A stretch of 64,000 nucleotides of DNA from Chlorokybus atmophyticus (taxonomy: Eukaryota > Plantae > Mesostigma and Chlorokybus algae): contig RHPI01002699.1 in NCBI GenBank assembly GCA_009103225.1, positions 100,578-164,577 of the forward strand, in the 5' to 3' direction. The translations under genes and the position numbers were made by a program. The notes beneath the pieces were generated by a model that saw only the letters and a program-made list of their open reading frames with translations, ran no database searches and had not been told where the DNA came from. Positions 39,925-53,606 of the stretch are shown here, one piece after another. Positions within the stretch are counted from its first letter, which is position 1; every line of letters starts with the position of its first letter.

Positions 39925-41233
39925 ATGATGATCTGGGCGGCGGCAGGGGTGGCGGAAGGGGCCAGGGCAGGGGCGGGGGCGGCGGCGGCGAAGCCGTCGA
40001 GCCGGTCATCTCCGCAGCCGTTATGGCCCGCTTTTGTTCTGATCGCCTGTGGTTGGATTCCTTTGTTGATTTTGTTAGCGGTGCTGCAGTGGGGCAGGGA
40101 AGACAACTATGGTATGACTAGCCGCTGCGTCGTCACCCTGGACAGCGTTAACACCACCACCACCGTCGTGGCCTCCTTCGCCACTGTCACCGCCGCCTTT
40201 GGACCGCCGCTGGCCTCGGACGGCGTGCGTGGCGTCCTGTTCCAGCTCACGCCAGAAGACGGCTGCAGCCCTGTCGCTCAGCCCGATATGGACGGCGCTG
40301 CCTGGATTGCCTTTGTTGAGAAGGGCAACTGCGGCTTCCATGACAAGGTCCTCAACGCCCAGCTTGCCGGCGCCGCCGCCGCTGTCGTCTACGACAATGA
40401 GGAAGCCACATCGCTTATGCTCAGTAAGGGTTTCATGCAATCTAGCGTGAGCTGAGCCATGGTTTGTTGTGGTTGTCGTCACTTTGTTGCCTGCATGGCT
40501 GTCCTGGCTTGACTGTGTGGCTGACAGTGACCTTTGGTACACATTACCTATGTGACGTCACTGAGGTTTTATGAGGCCACAAGTGTCTTGTTAACACAGA
40601 GAAACAGATGTGATTGTAGCAGGCATGTGTGGTGGCAAGTGTCAAGACAATTGTGAGGTCTTGGTGTACAACTCATGCGATACTGTCGTGTCATTACACG
40701 CGTCAAGGCTCTCGAAAACTGGCATACACAAGCTGCTGGAACCAATGCGCTTTGCCCTTGCAGTGACCGCGCAGGATGCGAATGATATCCGTGTGTCATC
40801 CGTGTTCACAAGCAAGCAGGACGGGCAGCTTCTGCGTTATATCGCCGCGAGCCAACAACCAGGAGAGCGTGTGACGGTGCTTCTTGAGCCCGACATAGAT
40901 TACGTGCTCCCGGATCGTATACTTGCTTGGATAATGACTTCAATATTGGCCTTTATCTGCTTTGTGGGCACGGCAATGGGCACTTTGGGAATCTGCTTGG
41001 AGTGCTGTCGTCGTCGTCGCATTCGAGTAAACACGCCATCGGACAAGAAGGATGTGGAGGATGTTGTTGTCAAGTGCGAAGCTGCCGATCCCCCTCTTGC
41101 ATCGGCTGTCACGAGTGATGGCCTCAGCAAGCTTGAAGAGGGAGAAGGGGCAACGAAGTTGGAGACAAATTCCTTGCTGCAAGATCGTGAGCGCCAACAA
41201 AAGGGCGACACCCCGCCATTGTATTGTCCTTAG
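39925..41233 (+). CDS. PA (protease-associated) domain membrane protein, RMR-like but lacking RING; copy 1 (exons 39925-40423, 40764-41233)
   Basis: N-terminal hydrophobic segment, then FGPPLASDGVRGVL..PEDGCSP..WIAFVEKGNCGFHDKVLNAQLAGAAAAVVYDN..SSVFTSKQDGQLL (RMR/RNF13-type PA). A C-terminal TM is followed by a tail ending ETNSLLQ...TPPLYCP*. One phase-1 intron (CTCA|GTAAG ... TTGCAG|TG). Confidence 0.88.
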
Positions 41234-42399
41234 TGTGCTTGGGCGGCTGCTTGCTGTACATTGTACAACGTTGTATATATCTTTATATTCTGTAAGATAA
41301 TCAGTGGACTGCATAGGCGGTTCATGCTGCAGTAGTAGCTGCACTGCATAGTTGTTTTGTAACGGCTGGTTGGGTTGTACGTGTATTGTCAATATAGTTG
41401 CGACAGGTGTGTCGCACCCAACACACCTGTGAGTTGCAATAATTTACTTTGCAATTGTGTAATTAGGTAGTCCAAACTCAGCATACAAAGAATGCAAGTA
41501 TGGTGGCTTGCAATGTGCAGCTCGTCTCTTCTTTCATGGCATGCTGCAAGCATCCCATGTATTACGCTGAATGAAGATCGGCAATTAGTAGAGTGATGGT
41601 GCAGCTAATGACAACTTTGCCGGCCATGCTTTCAAGGAGTAGCAAGGCAATTCAAGAAGCATTGAACATACACATTTTCAACGCGTGTGTGGCGTACAGC
41701 GCACATGTCTGGGTAGACCAACTTGTGCACGACGAGAAAAGACCGCTACTGCGAAGGCGATGTGATGCATGTCATGCTGAGGTGATGCATCATAGTCATC
41801 CCACAAACATGCTTGCATCATGTGCTACACGCTGATCCTAATCGGCCTAGCGACAGCGCCGGCTACATTGTGTCGGATGGGGAGTGAGCGGTGGCGGAAT
41901 GGAAAGGAGGGCGGGGGAGTCCAGTTGGTCTGCTGTGGTGGTCGCCGATGATAAGCAGCACCGGCCGCAACCCACAGCCGCGGTGCAAGTAATGGCATGA
42001 GCATGCACGCCTGCATGTCTAACGGGGTTGGGCTATTGGTGAAGGTAGGTAGATCGTAGGTTGACAGCCTGGTGGGGAATGCAAGTTCTTGATAGTGTGG
42101 TGCATTGCTTGCGTTGCTTAAGGTAAAAGAGAGGGGGCCCCCTAGTAGTAGCACACAAGTAACACACAAACAAGCGCACAGTCATGCACACATCACGCAC
42201 AAATTATAGTTCCTAGTACAAACCCTAATGCCAAGGGGGCTGGCTAGCTAAGTGCACGCCAACCAAGGACAATGCCGACAGCAGGCGCAGTAGCAGCAGC
42301 AGTACCTGCAGAGGCGCAGGGCTTGCATGCTTCACATGTTGTTGTGGATGTGATACCTTGCATGCACTCATACCAGCTTACTCTTTATGTACATGTACG

Positions 42400-43000
42400 C
42401 TATCATACAACACAGAAGCACAAATTGTGATTACACAACTTATGAGCCATTGCGCCGATCAAGCCGTTGTACCCAACACTGATTAGCATAACTGGGCTGT
42501 CATAAGGGGAGCTTGGCCAAAGCAGGCCACACACCACATGCAAGTTTGTGTGTACACAAAATCAATATAGCACAAAGGGCTCAACCCATAGTGTCAGAAG
42601 CGCCCTTAAAAGCAAAGAGATTCAAGCGCATCAGCCCACATGCGTACCAGCTGGCAGCTTCAAATCTTTGCTGTGGCCCTCTGACACGGGCGGTTTGGTG
42701 CTGTACGTGGCATATTGCGAGTGTGAGAGCTCCTGTATCACCACATTATGTTGGAGTCCGCCACTCGCATCGCTCTCCACGGGGTAGCCCGGATACACCG
42801 CGTTTGCAGACGCTGTGCGCATAAAGTTGAAGTCCACATACTGTTGTGTGGTGTACTTCCCGCCGCTACTGCGCACGTGGCCACGCCGCGCCCATATAAA
42901 CAGCACGCTCCACACCCACAAGAGCGAGAGATGTGACGACGATGATGCTAGCAGAATAAAACCCACCGTGCCTCAACCGTTCGACGTGCGCGAAGAGCAG
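42400..43000 (-). pseudogene. Fragment of the unknown minus-strand gene family, unit 1
   Basis: ORF 42631-42966 (WARRGHVRSSGGKYTTQQYVDFNFMRTASANAVYPGYPVESDASGGLQHNVVIQELSHSQYATYSTKPPVSEGHSKDLKLP) aligns by eye with 45712-46140 and 56358-56500. Confidence 0.45.
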
Positions 43001-43214
43001 GTTGCATGGTAACACAGCTTGCCCGTGCCGCACGGGCAAGCTGTGTCCTCCGACGGAGGACACAGCCATCCAACCCCACCACCCTACCCCACCAGCCGCA
43101 CCTTACTGCCAACAGCAGCGCAGCAGCATTGCGCACTGCGAGGGGACGTTAAAGCAAGAGGCGGGGCACAGGCCCTGCTAATTGAAGAGCGGCAAGGGTT
43201 ACAACGGAGTGAGC

Positions 43215-43340
43215 GGAGGAGGAGGAGGAGGAGGAGGACGAGGAGGAGGAGGAGGAGGAGGGAAGTGCATGAGAGACAAGGCATGAGAGGGAGAGAGAGG
43301 GGAGAGGCGTGGGGAGGGAGAGAGAGGGGAGGGAGGAGAA
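43215..43340. repeat. (GGA)n and purine-rich low-complexity tract
   Basis: GGAGGAGGAGGA... followed by a GA/G-rich stretch. Confidence 0.85.
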
Positions 43341-43724
43341 GGGACACATTCACACGTTGTATGCTGCTGCTGCTCCGCTACAGCCCCTGACTGCTTTTGC
43401 TGATGCTGCTGCTCGTGTCAGATGCACGTAATGAGAATTGCATGCATGTTTTGTACGTTCAATGAGGTGGTAGTGTAGATGTTAGTGTTGGTTGAGGTAG
43501 AGGAGCCCTGTGGTGAACATGATAATGATGATGTTGGCCTTGTGCTAATCACACTCCTTGCATGTCAGATGCATGCGCCATTACACGCCACGTTGTATGT
43601 ATACTGTAAGTTCACGCATATGAATGTCCTGGCTCTGGCTATATATACCAAATTGTCAAAGCATTGAATGTGTTTTGATGCCATGTACGTAATACAGCGG
43701 ACAGCAGGCTTAGTCAGACTCATC

Positions 43725-45014
43725 ATGGCGGGCGGGGCGGCGGCAGGGGCGGCGGCAGTGTCGCCGGCGAGCCGGACACTGCCGCCGCCCCTGCCGCCGG
43801 CGAGCCGGTCGTCTTCCCCATCGGTGTGGCCCTATTTCTTGCTGATGATCTTCCTAAATTGGTTGCCTATGTTGGGATGGTCGGCGATACTGCTGCGCCG
43901 GGTCATGGACGACACCTATGGTATGACTAGCCGCTGCGTCGTCAGCATGGACAATACCACTACCGTCATCGCCTCCTTCGCCACCGTCACCGCCGCCTTC
44001 GGCCCGCCTCTGGCCCAGGGCGGCGTCCGTGGCGTCCTGTTCCAGCTCACGCCAGCAGACGGCTGCAGCCCCGCCGCTCATGCAGACAAGGACGGCCACG
44101 TCTGGATAGCTCTCATTGAGAAGGGTAATTGCGGCTTCCACGACAAGGTCCTCAACGCCCAGCTCGCCGGCGCTGCCGCCGCTGTCGTCTACGACAATAA
44201 GGACAACCAAGACCTTATGCTCAGTAAGGGTTTCATGCATGCTAGCGTGAGCTGAGCCATAGGTTGTTGTGGCTGGCGTTACTGATGTTGCTTGCCTAGA
44301 TGGTCTTTTCTTTTCAAAGCGTGTTTGGCAATGACCTTGTTACACATGTTGGGCACACACCACCTACTGTACTGTACGTAGGTTATGTGGCCTCAGCAAC
44401 TGCCAGTTGCTGAGGCCACAAGTGCCAATCTTCGACAGTTGTTGGGTTTTTGCTGTATGATTTATGCGGTTCTGTTGTGTCACTGCATGCGTCCACACAT
44501 GATTGTGTGGACACGCGTCATTGCTTTGCAGAATTGGCACGCATAAACTGCTGGACCAACCAATGCGCTTTTGGCCCTTGCAGTGACCGCGCAGGATGCG
44601 AGTGATATTCACATGTCATCTGTGTTCATAAGACAGCCACACGGGCAGCTTTTGCGTAGTATCGCTGCTGGACAACAACAAGGGGAGCGTGTGACAGTGC
44701 TGCTCAAGCCCGACATAGATTACGTGGTCCCGGATCGTATAGTGATGGTGGTAGGGACTTTAATAATAGCTTCTTGCTCCTTTGCATACGCAGCAATGTG
44801 GTGTCTTCCTATCTTCCTTTACTCTAGTCGTGTGAGCACGCCATCGGTTACAAACGATATGGAGGACGTTGTTGTTGTCGTCAACTGCGAAGTTGCTCCC
44901 CAGCTTGCATCAGTGGTCACAAATGATGGCCTCAGCAAGCTTGAAGAGGGAGAAGGGGCAATGAAGTTGGAGACAGCGCCCTTGCTGCAACTCGTGAGTG
45001 CCTACATGAAGTAA
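43725..45014 (+). CDS. PA-domain membrane protein, copy 2 (exons 43725-44223, 44584-45014); C-terminus shortened
   Basis: Same PA motifs and intron position as copy 1. The tail keeps ETAPLL but ends VSAYMK* before the PPLY segment. Confidence 0.85.
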
Positions 45015-45599
45015 ACACCATTGTTGTCTTGTCCTTAGTGTGCTTGGGCAGGTGGTTCGCTACTGTACAGTGTATATGGTTGTAATGTTGGTTTTGGAAT
45101 CAGTGGGCTAGAGAGGCGGTTCAAACTGCTGTAGTAGTAGAAGTGCTGTATAGTTTTGTACATCATAGTGCTGTATAGTTTTGTACATGGTCTGTCAGTG
45201 AATCTGTGATACTCGCAGGTGTGTTTGTCATGTTGTCAGTATGATATTGAGTTGCAATGAAGTTTTGCGGTTCAGGTTCAGTTAGATTCACATTCAGCAG
45301 TGCAAAATTGGTTTGTAATTGCATGAAGTGTGAAGCTCGTCTCTGATTGGCCTTCTGCCAGCATGCCAGCTCCACTGCGCTGAATGTGTTATCTATTGGG
45401 CTTTGTAACCCAGTGCATGCTAGATGTGTACACTGTAAACATATGTACATGTGCGTCCAACGATATGAATTTGCTTGCCATGCTCCAGAGCAGCTGCATG
45501 GTGACTGAAGCAGCACCTGAACCTGAAGCAGCACCTGAACATATGTATTCCAGGTGTGTGGCGTACAGCGCACATATCTCGATAGAGCAAACCTGCGCA

Positions 45600-48500
45600 T
45601 AGTGTCACACAACACAGATCGTGGTGTGATTGCACAGTCTAAACCAATGACCCAATGGCGCGCGCAATGAAGCCGTTTTATACAAAATCTCTATGGCCCA
45701 ACTGGCCTGTTTCAAAGTAAGTCTGGCCCAAGCAGGTCACAACATGCAGGGTGGTGTGTACACAAACCCACTATAGCACAAAGAAGTAAACACTCGAGCG
45801 AATGGCAGCCCCAAAAAGAAAGAGAGTGCACCTGCACTCCGCCCACACACGTGCCAGCTGGCAGCTTCACTCCTTTGCTGTGGCCTTCCGACACGGGCGG
45901 TTTGATGCTGTACGTGGCGTACTGCAAGCGCGGGAGCTCCCGTATAACCACATTTATTGGAGTCCACCACTCGCAACACTCTCCACGGGGTATCCTGGAT
46001 ACAGCGCGCTGGCGGGTGCTGTGCGCATAGAGTTGAAGTCCACATGCTGTTGTGGTAGGTACTTCCCGCCGCTACCGCGCACGTGGCCACGCCACGCCCG
46101 GACGGATAGACAGCGCGCTCCACACCCACAAGAGTGAGAGGAGTGATGATGCCAGTAGGATGAAACCCACCCACGTGAGCTTGATGCGAGCGCAGCCGCT
46201 GCAGCAGATGGCAGCAAGTTGGTCACGGGAGTTAGCAGCTGCACCAGCGTTTGCGCACCCTGAAACGACATGTAATACCAGTCAGTGACACGCAGGCGTG
46301 CGCGTGCAAGTGCGCGTGCAAGTATGCGCACGCATGCGCACACAAGTTGCTTTGTTGGTGGATGCATGCCCAACATCCATTATGGCTTGTGTGGGGAGTG
46401 TGCCATGCACCCAGGTCACACTCACAAGTACGCGACCCCAATCAACCGAGACACGCACTTGTACAGCAACACACACTCCCCAAGTTTACAGTTCTAAGAC
46501 CACACACCTGAGCGACAGATCTAAAGGCCTGCCCGTCCGTGCAGCATACAACCTCCCGCACTTCCTCTCCCACTTGGTTACACAAATGATCCTGCATGGC
46601 TCCGCCACCCGTCCTGCGCAAGCTTCCACAGGCAAGTACGAGCGAGTCCCGCGTGCGAGCGTCCACGCGAGGGAGGTGGCTGAGCAGCAGTCCCCTGAGA
46701 AAAGAGAGAGACAGGTTGAGAGGGGCGGCCAGGGCGTGATCGAGAAGAGGAGACATGGCCACGCTGGTTGGGATACAAAGGCTGAGGTTGAATGCGAGCA
46801 GTAGGGTGCCAAAACTGTCGTGTGTGGGTGCCACCAATGAGACATACGCACAGATGCGAGGGCATATGCGCGCGTGTCAGCTATGTACGTGTGTGCGCGC
46901 ACATAACAACGCATGTGCGCGTATACACTCACACACGTGCACCCTCGCACGCACGCACGCACGCACGCACTGCATACGCAGGTAGGTGTGTACGTGTTTG
47001 CACACGCGTGCGTGCAAGTGTGCGCGCACATCATCGGCTACACCAAACCCAATCTCCCGTGACCGTTGTATTAAGCAATTCACAACTGTTTACCTATCAA
47101 TCTCGCGCAGTTCGGCGCCGGTGTTGACTCCCAAGTGAAGCGCCTCATCGTTGGCTTGGTTCAGCGGCCCGTTGTAGCGGCTGTATGCAACACACGCCAT
47201 GACGTAACCAGCTCTGCAGAGGGATGAGGGAAGGTGAGAGGGAAAATGTTATACACATGTATACAACAGAACACAACACGCACGCACCCACACACGCACA
47301 ATAAAACAAACTTGCAGCCAATGACAGACGTAACCAACACAAGTCAAGCGACAACATCCCACACACGCACACTTGAAACAGACACGAATGCACACATACA
47401 CACACGTTTATACCACACGACACACAGCATGACCCGCCCATACACCACATACTATCACTACTTTGTGCTTTGTGGGCTCGCATGCAAGGGGTAGAGCGTC
47501 ACACTCACAGCGCGATGCATGCGCAGATGGGTCACCACGACGATGATAACCGGTCTGTGCGCGTTGGCTCGCGCAGGAACGGGCCGGCTGGGCATGTTGT
47601 GGAGCAGCAGCAGAGGCAGCAAGCCCACGTGACACAAAGTGATCGCGGACATGATGAGAAGAGTTGGGAAGAAAAAGCAGCCGATGATGTAGCCACATGC
47701 ACCCTTCCATGCTGTGGAATGCATGCACGAGTGCGTGAGAAGAGGTGCAAGCAGATACGCGCACATGCACACACTCGCACAGACGCACGCATATGTGCGC
47801 ACTGCTGCCAAAAGGCGCACAAATGCCAACATGAACAAATGTGTTCAAGTACAGACATCATCAGCAACAGGCACATATGCATTACGAAGCAGTCTGTTAA
47901 GCTTTGGAAATGGTGTGCCTTGTGTAGTTCTGCCCAGTCCACCACCAAGCACAGTCAGCACGCACCCAACCAACAGACAACAACAAACACACCTTCCATC
48001 CAGGCACAACCGCAACAACCTCCCGTATGTCAACACGCGTTGGCTGGTGACAAACTAGCTCTCGATGACACTTGAACAACTCCAACAACGATAGAAACAC
48101 GCGTACAACTCCGCGCTCTAGCGTAGCAGGTCAGTGTAAGGCCACACACTACCCACCTGCGTGGAGTTGTTGGCAGCGTCCGCGACCGAGGCCGCCAATC
48201 AACACGGTGAGCCGCGTGCCAATCAAGGCAGCGAAGACAGCTAGCTTGGTTGAGGTTTTGGGGATGGACTCCGTGGATGGTGAAGAAGTACTGTCTGGCA
48301 GCTGGGCGAGATGAGAGGTGGTTGTGTGTGGTTGATGGTGGCGTGCCTTCTACAACAATATGAGCCTCAAACAGTCATCTGGCTGGTTGGAGCCAATGGA
48401 CAGAAAGTTGACAGACAGTACACACACACCAGCGCATGTGTGTGTGTATACAGAACAGTGTGTGCACATGTGCATGCAGATGTGTGTGTGTGTGTGTGTG

Positions 48501-48869
48501 TGTGTGTAGGCAGGCGCATGTAAGCGTGTGTGCGCATGCGTGCAGCACACATGCTTACATGCGCCTGCCTGCCAGCACCAGACATGCATAGACAGCATGT
48601 TGGTAGCTGGCAACAGCTTGAGAGTACTTGAGAGGTGCAGCAGGGTGAAGCAACACTAACATACTCACATACCTGCAATGCGACGGAGCCGCTCTGGCCG
48701 GCATCCGCGATGCCGCGAACACTCGACTCCTCCTTGCTGCAACCCACATTACATCAGTAACTAGAAACAAGCACATCTTATGTCCTACAAACTCACACCG
48801 ATGAGAACCACATTGGTGTCCTTTTCTTGCCAACCGATTGCCAAGCAAACGCTCATTTTGGCACAACAC
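45600..48869 (-). pseudogene. Unknown minus-strand multi-exon gene, unit 2 (disrupted)
   Basis: Exon-like blocks GCSKEESSVRGIADAGQSGSVALQ|GT, AWKGACGYIIGCFFFPTLLIMSAITL (TM-like), AGYVMACVAYSRYNGPLNQANDEALHLGVNTGAELREID and the GHVRGSGGKY block. There are stops and frameshifts relative to the other copies. Confidence 0.45.
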
Positions 48870-49103
48870 CTCGAATCCCCGCAACCTCTGAGCGCGTCCT
48901 CTACCATGAGGACGCGACCTTAGAGCAGTGAACTACCGTCGGCAGCGAACTCAAGTAGTAGTTCACCGTCCGCCGCGATCTGATTCTGACACCGTCGGCG
49001 GTGAATCAAAATGCCTTGGCCGCTGCGCGAGTTGCCGACATGGCTGGCAGCAGCGGCAGCGACGGCGGCGGTGGCGGTGGCGGCAGCGGTGAGGTGGCGT
49101 GGC
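48870..49103 (+). repeat. Left terminal inverted repeat of the MULE
   Basis: CCTCTGAGCGCGTCCTCTACCATGAGGACGCGACCTTAG..GTGAACTACCGTCGGCAG..GTAGTAGTTCACCGTCCGCCGCGAT..ATCAAAATGCCTTGG..CATGGCTGGCAGC is matched in reverse complement at 54118-54335. Confidence 0.9.
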
Positions 49104-50202
49104 GGTGGTGGTATGGCGGCTTGAGGTCTTCCTTTACATTCTAAGCAGCACCGGCAATCATTAGCCTGTCTCGCTGTGTCATAGACTTAGTAAGTTGCGG
49201 GTGTAAAATGAAGCTTTAACATGGCGGCAGCGGATGTACAAGTCCGGTGCTCAAGCTGGCTGTGGGGGGCGCTGCTGCCAGTTTGTTTGGCCTAAGTTGA
49301 GTTGGGATTTGTGCTTGCGTGAGGATCAGCAAGCAGTGCTAGGGAAGCTAGGAGTGAAGCTGTGCTCAGAGCAGAGTGTCGCTGCTGGCCGCTGCTCTGC
49401 GTTCAAGACGCAACATCAGCTACTGCAGGAGATGCTCGCACCAGACACAGGCAAGTTGATCGGCTGGCACTACGTACGCATCATCCGTCATGCCGCTATC
49501 ACGAGGTACATGTGACATGCATGACCTGCCTCTGTTCTACAATGCACAGGTGATCGGCCAGATCCATCTGAAGCGATGGGCTTTGGGCTAAAGCATGAGC
49601 CAGTCGCTTGCGATGCGTACGTGCGTGCGCGACGTGCGGCGCTGCCATCAAACAGTGTCGTATCTTTAGCGCGAGTAGGTGTAGTGATTCCCACTATGCA
49701 CCCATGGCTTGCTGCAAGCCCTGACCGTGTAGTGTTTGGCAATGATAGCGTTGGGTTGTTGCAAGTGGAATGCACAACGACATTGACTGGACCATTATGG
49801 GAGAAAACGCTGCTAGCGTATGTATACGACCGGGTCATAGGCCAACTGGCATCAACGGGATTGGCATGGTGTGATGTGCTGGTCTGGTTGCCGCAGCGGT
49901 ATGCGATTACGCGCGTGCATTTCGGCAAACGAGAGGCTTCATACTGGCGATATGGTTTGTTGCCCAAGCTATGCCATTTTCACTTCTCTCTCTTCGCCTC
50001 GCGGCTTACGGCACCTGCCAGTGCGACAGCTCAGAATGAAACATGTGAAGGCCCCGAGGATATCGTTTCCAAGTGCGCGCTGCAAGAGCGCCTTCATGAT
50101 AATGCACGTTCTTGTTGCCATGTGCAATGCATGAAGAAGGATTATGCAAGTGCTGATAGTTGCAATATTTGCACTGACAGGCACACCACCAAGCCTGGAT
50201 GA
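49040..50202 (+). pseudogene. YqaJ-like viral recombinase / lambda-exonuclease family gene inside the MULE
   Basis: Contains SEAMGFGLKHEPVACDAY, GVVIPTMHPWLAASPDRVV, (E-x-K)C reading QVEC here, IGQLASTGLAWCDVLVW and WRYGLLPKL. These match the PD-(D/E)xK YqaJ pattern, but the ExK motif is altered. The start at the TIR-internal ATG is tentative. Confidence 0.8.
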
Positions 50203-50389
50203 AGCGTACCGCGTAGCTCTAAGCAATGACTATGCTAAGCAAGGGAGAATGGTTTAAAAGCATTCTTCCGTCACTAAGTACATGGTTGCATGGGACCATG
50301 ATAACATGGCCAAGCGTCAACAAGCTAGCTATCGTCAAGCTCTGCGTCCTGCCTTCTATGGTATAACTTGGAATGCTAACCAGTGCAGC

Positions 50390-53300
50390 CGTTAATGATG
50401 GGTTGCTTTGTCGGCAGGTCCATTTCAGCAGCCGACATCGCCTGGGCAAGTAGTCTTGGTGATTTGCGGTGCATACTACGCAATCGCAGGTGTTGTGAAG
50501 TCCATCACCGGAGAGCAGCGCATGCTGATCAACTACCCCCACAAGCGCATCGGTATACCCAAACACAGTTTGCACTTAACCACACCTGATTTGCAAGGGG
50601 CGCAATATGCACGCGCATGCATATGCACTGATACGCATTGTTATATGGTTGCGTATGCCATTGAATGCATGCAACTACAGGTTCTCCACAACAAGCATGG
50701 CGCCTGTCATGCGAGGATGTACCTGCTTGGTTGCGCACCTACCAATGGGAAAACCACATGGATCTGGTGGTGACGCGCACTTGCAATGTGCAACAGGATT
50801 AACACACCACCGATGACATGACAAGCGCCCCTGCAGCCAAGGCACCCAGAGGAGTGAAGCAGCGCTTGCTGCAAAAGACAACATTGTCGTGTGCGCGATG
50901 TGGCGTGGAGAAGTCCTCATTGCAACCTAGCATCAAGCAGCTCAAAGCTACAAGGAAATGCGGGTGCAGGTTTGGTATGACAATTTGCATATACAAAGAT
51001 GCACCTCACGAGGCGATGATTCGCATCAACCACCAGCACACCAAACACGAGCCAGGTTGGTACCGCAACCATAGCCAAGGTGCAACATGGCCTGTTCACT
51101 TCATTGTGTGTGTAGGCTCCCTGGAAGACCGCAAGCTCTTATGGCCAGCTCCGGAGCTCGTGGAACATGCACGCTCTCTACTTTTGCTCGGCCTGAAGCC
51201 ACGCATGCTCTTGCGCGGTAAGTGTGAAGTTAGTCCCTGGGTGGTGGCTATGTATACTTCAATACAAACTCTTGTACTTGCAGAGCTTGACAGATCACGA
51301 GATACAATAGGCAAGGACGCCTGCCAGGACAAACCCTACCATGATCGGCGCACTACCTTGGATGAGAAAGACATTGCCAACATTTACAAGTGCATTCAAC
51401 GCAGTCGGTTGATTGATGCCAATGACGCAGCAGCGGTACACAAAATGGTACTGATGCATTCTCAAGGCATTGTGCTACATTATCAAGAGGAAGAACAAAC
51501 AGTGCGCAAGCGCACGCCTTTTATGTTGGTCCTGCAGACAGCGTTTCAGCGCGACATGCTATCCACATTTGGTACAAACATAGCCTTGATTGATGCGACT
51601 GGCGGCACCAATAGTTGCGGCTATCCGCTGTACACTCTGTTGGTTAAAGACGACTTTGGCAATGGTCAGTACCACCCTTATGCTGGACAACTAACTACTT
51701 GATAAGACTGTCATGCATCATCTGCAAAACCGATGCTCGTACACGCGCAGGTGCACCAGTTGCATTCATGGTTACCAATAGCGAAGACCATGAGGTCATA
51801 CTCACCGTTCTTCAGAAGATCAAGGAAAGGACAGGCATGTTGCCAGCAAACATGATGCTGGACAAGTCTTAAGCTGAGCTGAAGGCGTTGCGGGTACTCG
51901 GCATAGATCCGCTCCTGTGCTACTTCCACATGCTACAGGATGTTGAGCGGTTCCTGCGCAAAGGAGACAACAAAGTGCCGTCACATCTACGACCATATGC
52001 AAGTACTGAAGCGCTTGAACCCAAGCAAAGACGAACTGGGGTTTGAGAGCCGCTATGCTGATTTCAAGCAGACATTTGCACACCTGCCATTGCTGATAGC
52101 CTACATCCACAATGAATGGTACAAGTGCAGAGGTATGCATCGTGTGCGCACCACTGTTCAAAGCCAAAGCAAGTAGCTAACTGCTTGTTGCATGCAGTGC
52201 AATGGGCAGACTTTGGGAGGCAGTTTCCACACGAGCGCATTGAAACAAACAACCACCTTGAACGGTTTTTCCATTCCTTGAATTATGGCTAAAAGGCAAA
52301 GTGAATCGCAGAATCTCAGCTTGTTCAGACTATCCTTGATGACATTGTTCCATTGTAATATCGTCAGCAGCAACGCAAACTGGATGGTCGCATTGGCGAC
52401 CGAGAAGAGCAGCAGCAAGCTAAGCGTAGGCATGACATTGCGTACCTGAAGACTAGCAACGCCATCACGCTTGAAGACCATGTGCTTGGAGTGTGCAGTT
52501 GCCCAAGCATGAGTAATAAGGGGATGGCTTATACGCTGATGGTAGCTGAGCTGCTATGCGAATGCCCGGCTTCCAATGTGCACGGGCATCTTTCGAAGCA
52601 GCTGTCGCGGCCTGCCCGTTGACGATGAGCATGAGAAGGTATGTCAAGGACTGCATCCTCCTGCCCATCTATGGTACTTACTTTGCTGTTGTCATGTAGG
52701 TGGCGGCAACGCGCTTGCTTGAGGAGGATCTTGTGCAGCATGCTCACCTGCAAGGCCTGCTTGTAGTCAACAATCTGCTCGGGAGCGACAAGCAATATGA
52801 GTGCAATGTTGTTGCCAAGTTCTGCACATGCATCGACTATGACACCAACTCAGTATGCTGCCATCTGATGGCGGCGATGACGAACATGCAGATGAATGAT
52901 GTTAGAGAAGGTGCTGGCTCTACATGCAACAGTTCTGCATTGACCGTTCACGTACATACTGATTCACCATGACAACACCTGACTGTCCGTACACAGGGTT
53001 GGAAGCTTGCGGTGAGATGGCATCAGAGCGTGATGGTGTTGAGGCCACCACAAATACAAAGCCCCTCACCAACGTTGACATCCATGAAGATTGTGGACGG
53101 CACACTTTGGAAAAGCTACGCAACGAGCCAGTTGCTGGTAATCTGACCCATAGCATGAGTAGTAGATGCCATGCATGCTTGAAGCAACACGAGTACTGCA
53201 TAATATGCACGCTTCAACTCTGTATTGATATGCAGAGAGCGACGATGTTGCAAACACTATAAGACGTACCTTGCTAGCTATCAAGCGGCGTGTCAAGTAC

Positions 53301-53606
53301 AGATTCGGGATAACAGCACTTGACTTGCAAGACGAGCTTTTGCTGCCATTGCGGCTCGCATTCAAACAAGTGTGCCTACGTTTGAAAGCACGCAAAGACA
53401 GCATCGGAAACATTGGAACCGCAAGAACAAGGATAGAGTGCGCCCCTTGTATGCGGTGCGTGCAAGCACACAACGAGCAAGTCAGACAAGCACTACTGAC
53501 TCCAGACCAGCACGCAAGCCACCAGCAGTGCACATACCACGGTTTGCAGAGTTTCAAGGCTCGGGAAGACCAGCTTTTCGTCGGTGCGGTGACGTTGGCA
53601 CCTTGA
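50390..53606 (+). pseudogene. MULE transposase with FAR1/WRKY-GCM1-like Zn finger, DDE core and SWIM finger
   Basis: Contains TRKCGCRF...HQHTKH, PFMLVLQTAFQRDML, ALIDATGGTNSCGYPLYTLLVKDDFGNGAPVAF, MMLDKS*AELKAL (TAA 51870-51872), LLCYFHMLQDV, ETNNHLERFFHSL and SWIM CTCIDYDTNSVCCHLMAA. There is an in-frame stop and frameshifts. The 5' end is approximate. Confidence 0.9.

Noticed and set aside
42120-42160. GGGGGCCCCC hairpin followed by CTAG as a Helitron 3' end, within the ~670 bp segment unique to unit 1
   Set aside because: The spacing is atypical, no TC 5' end or A/T insertion site could be defined, and the sequence continues after CTAG.
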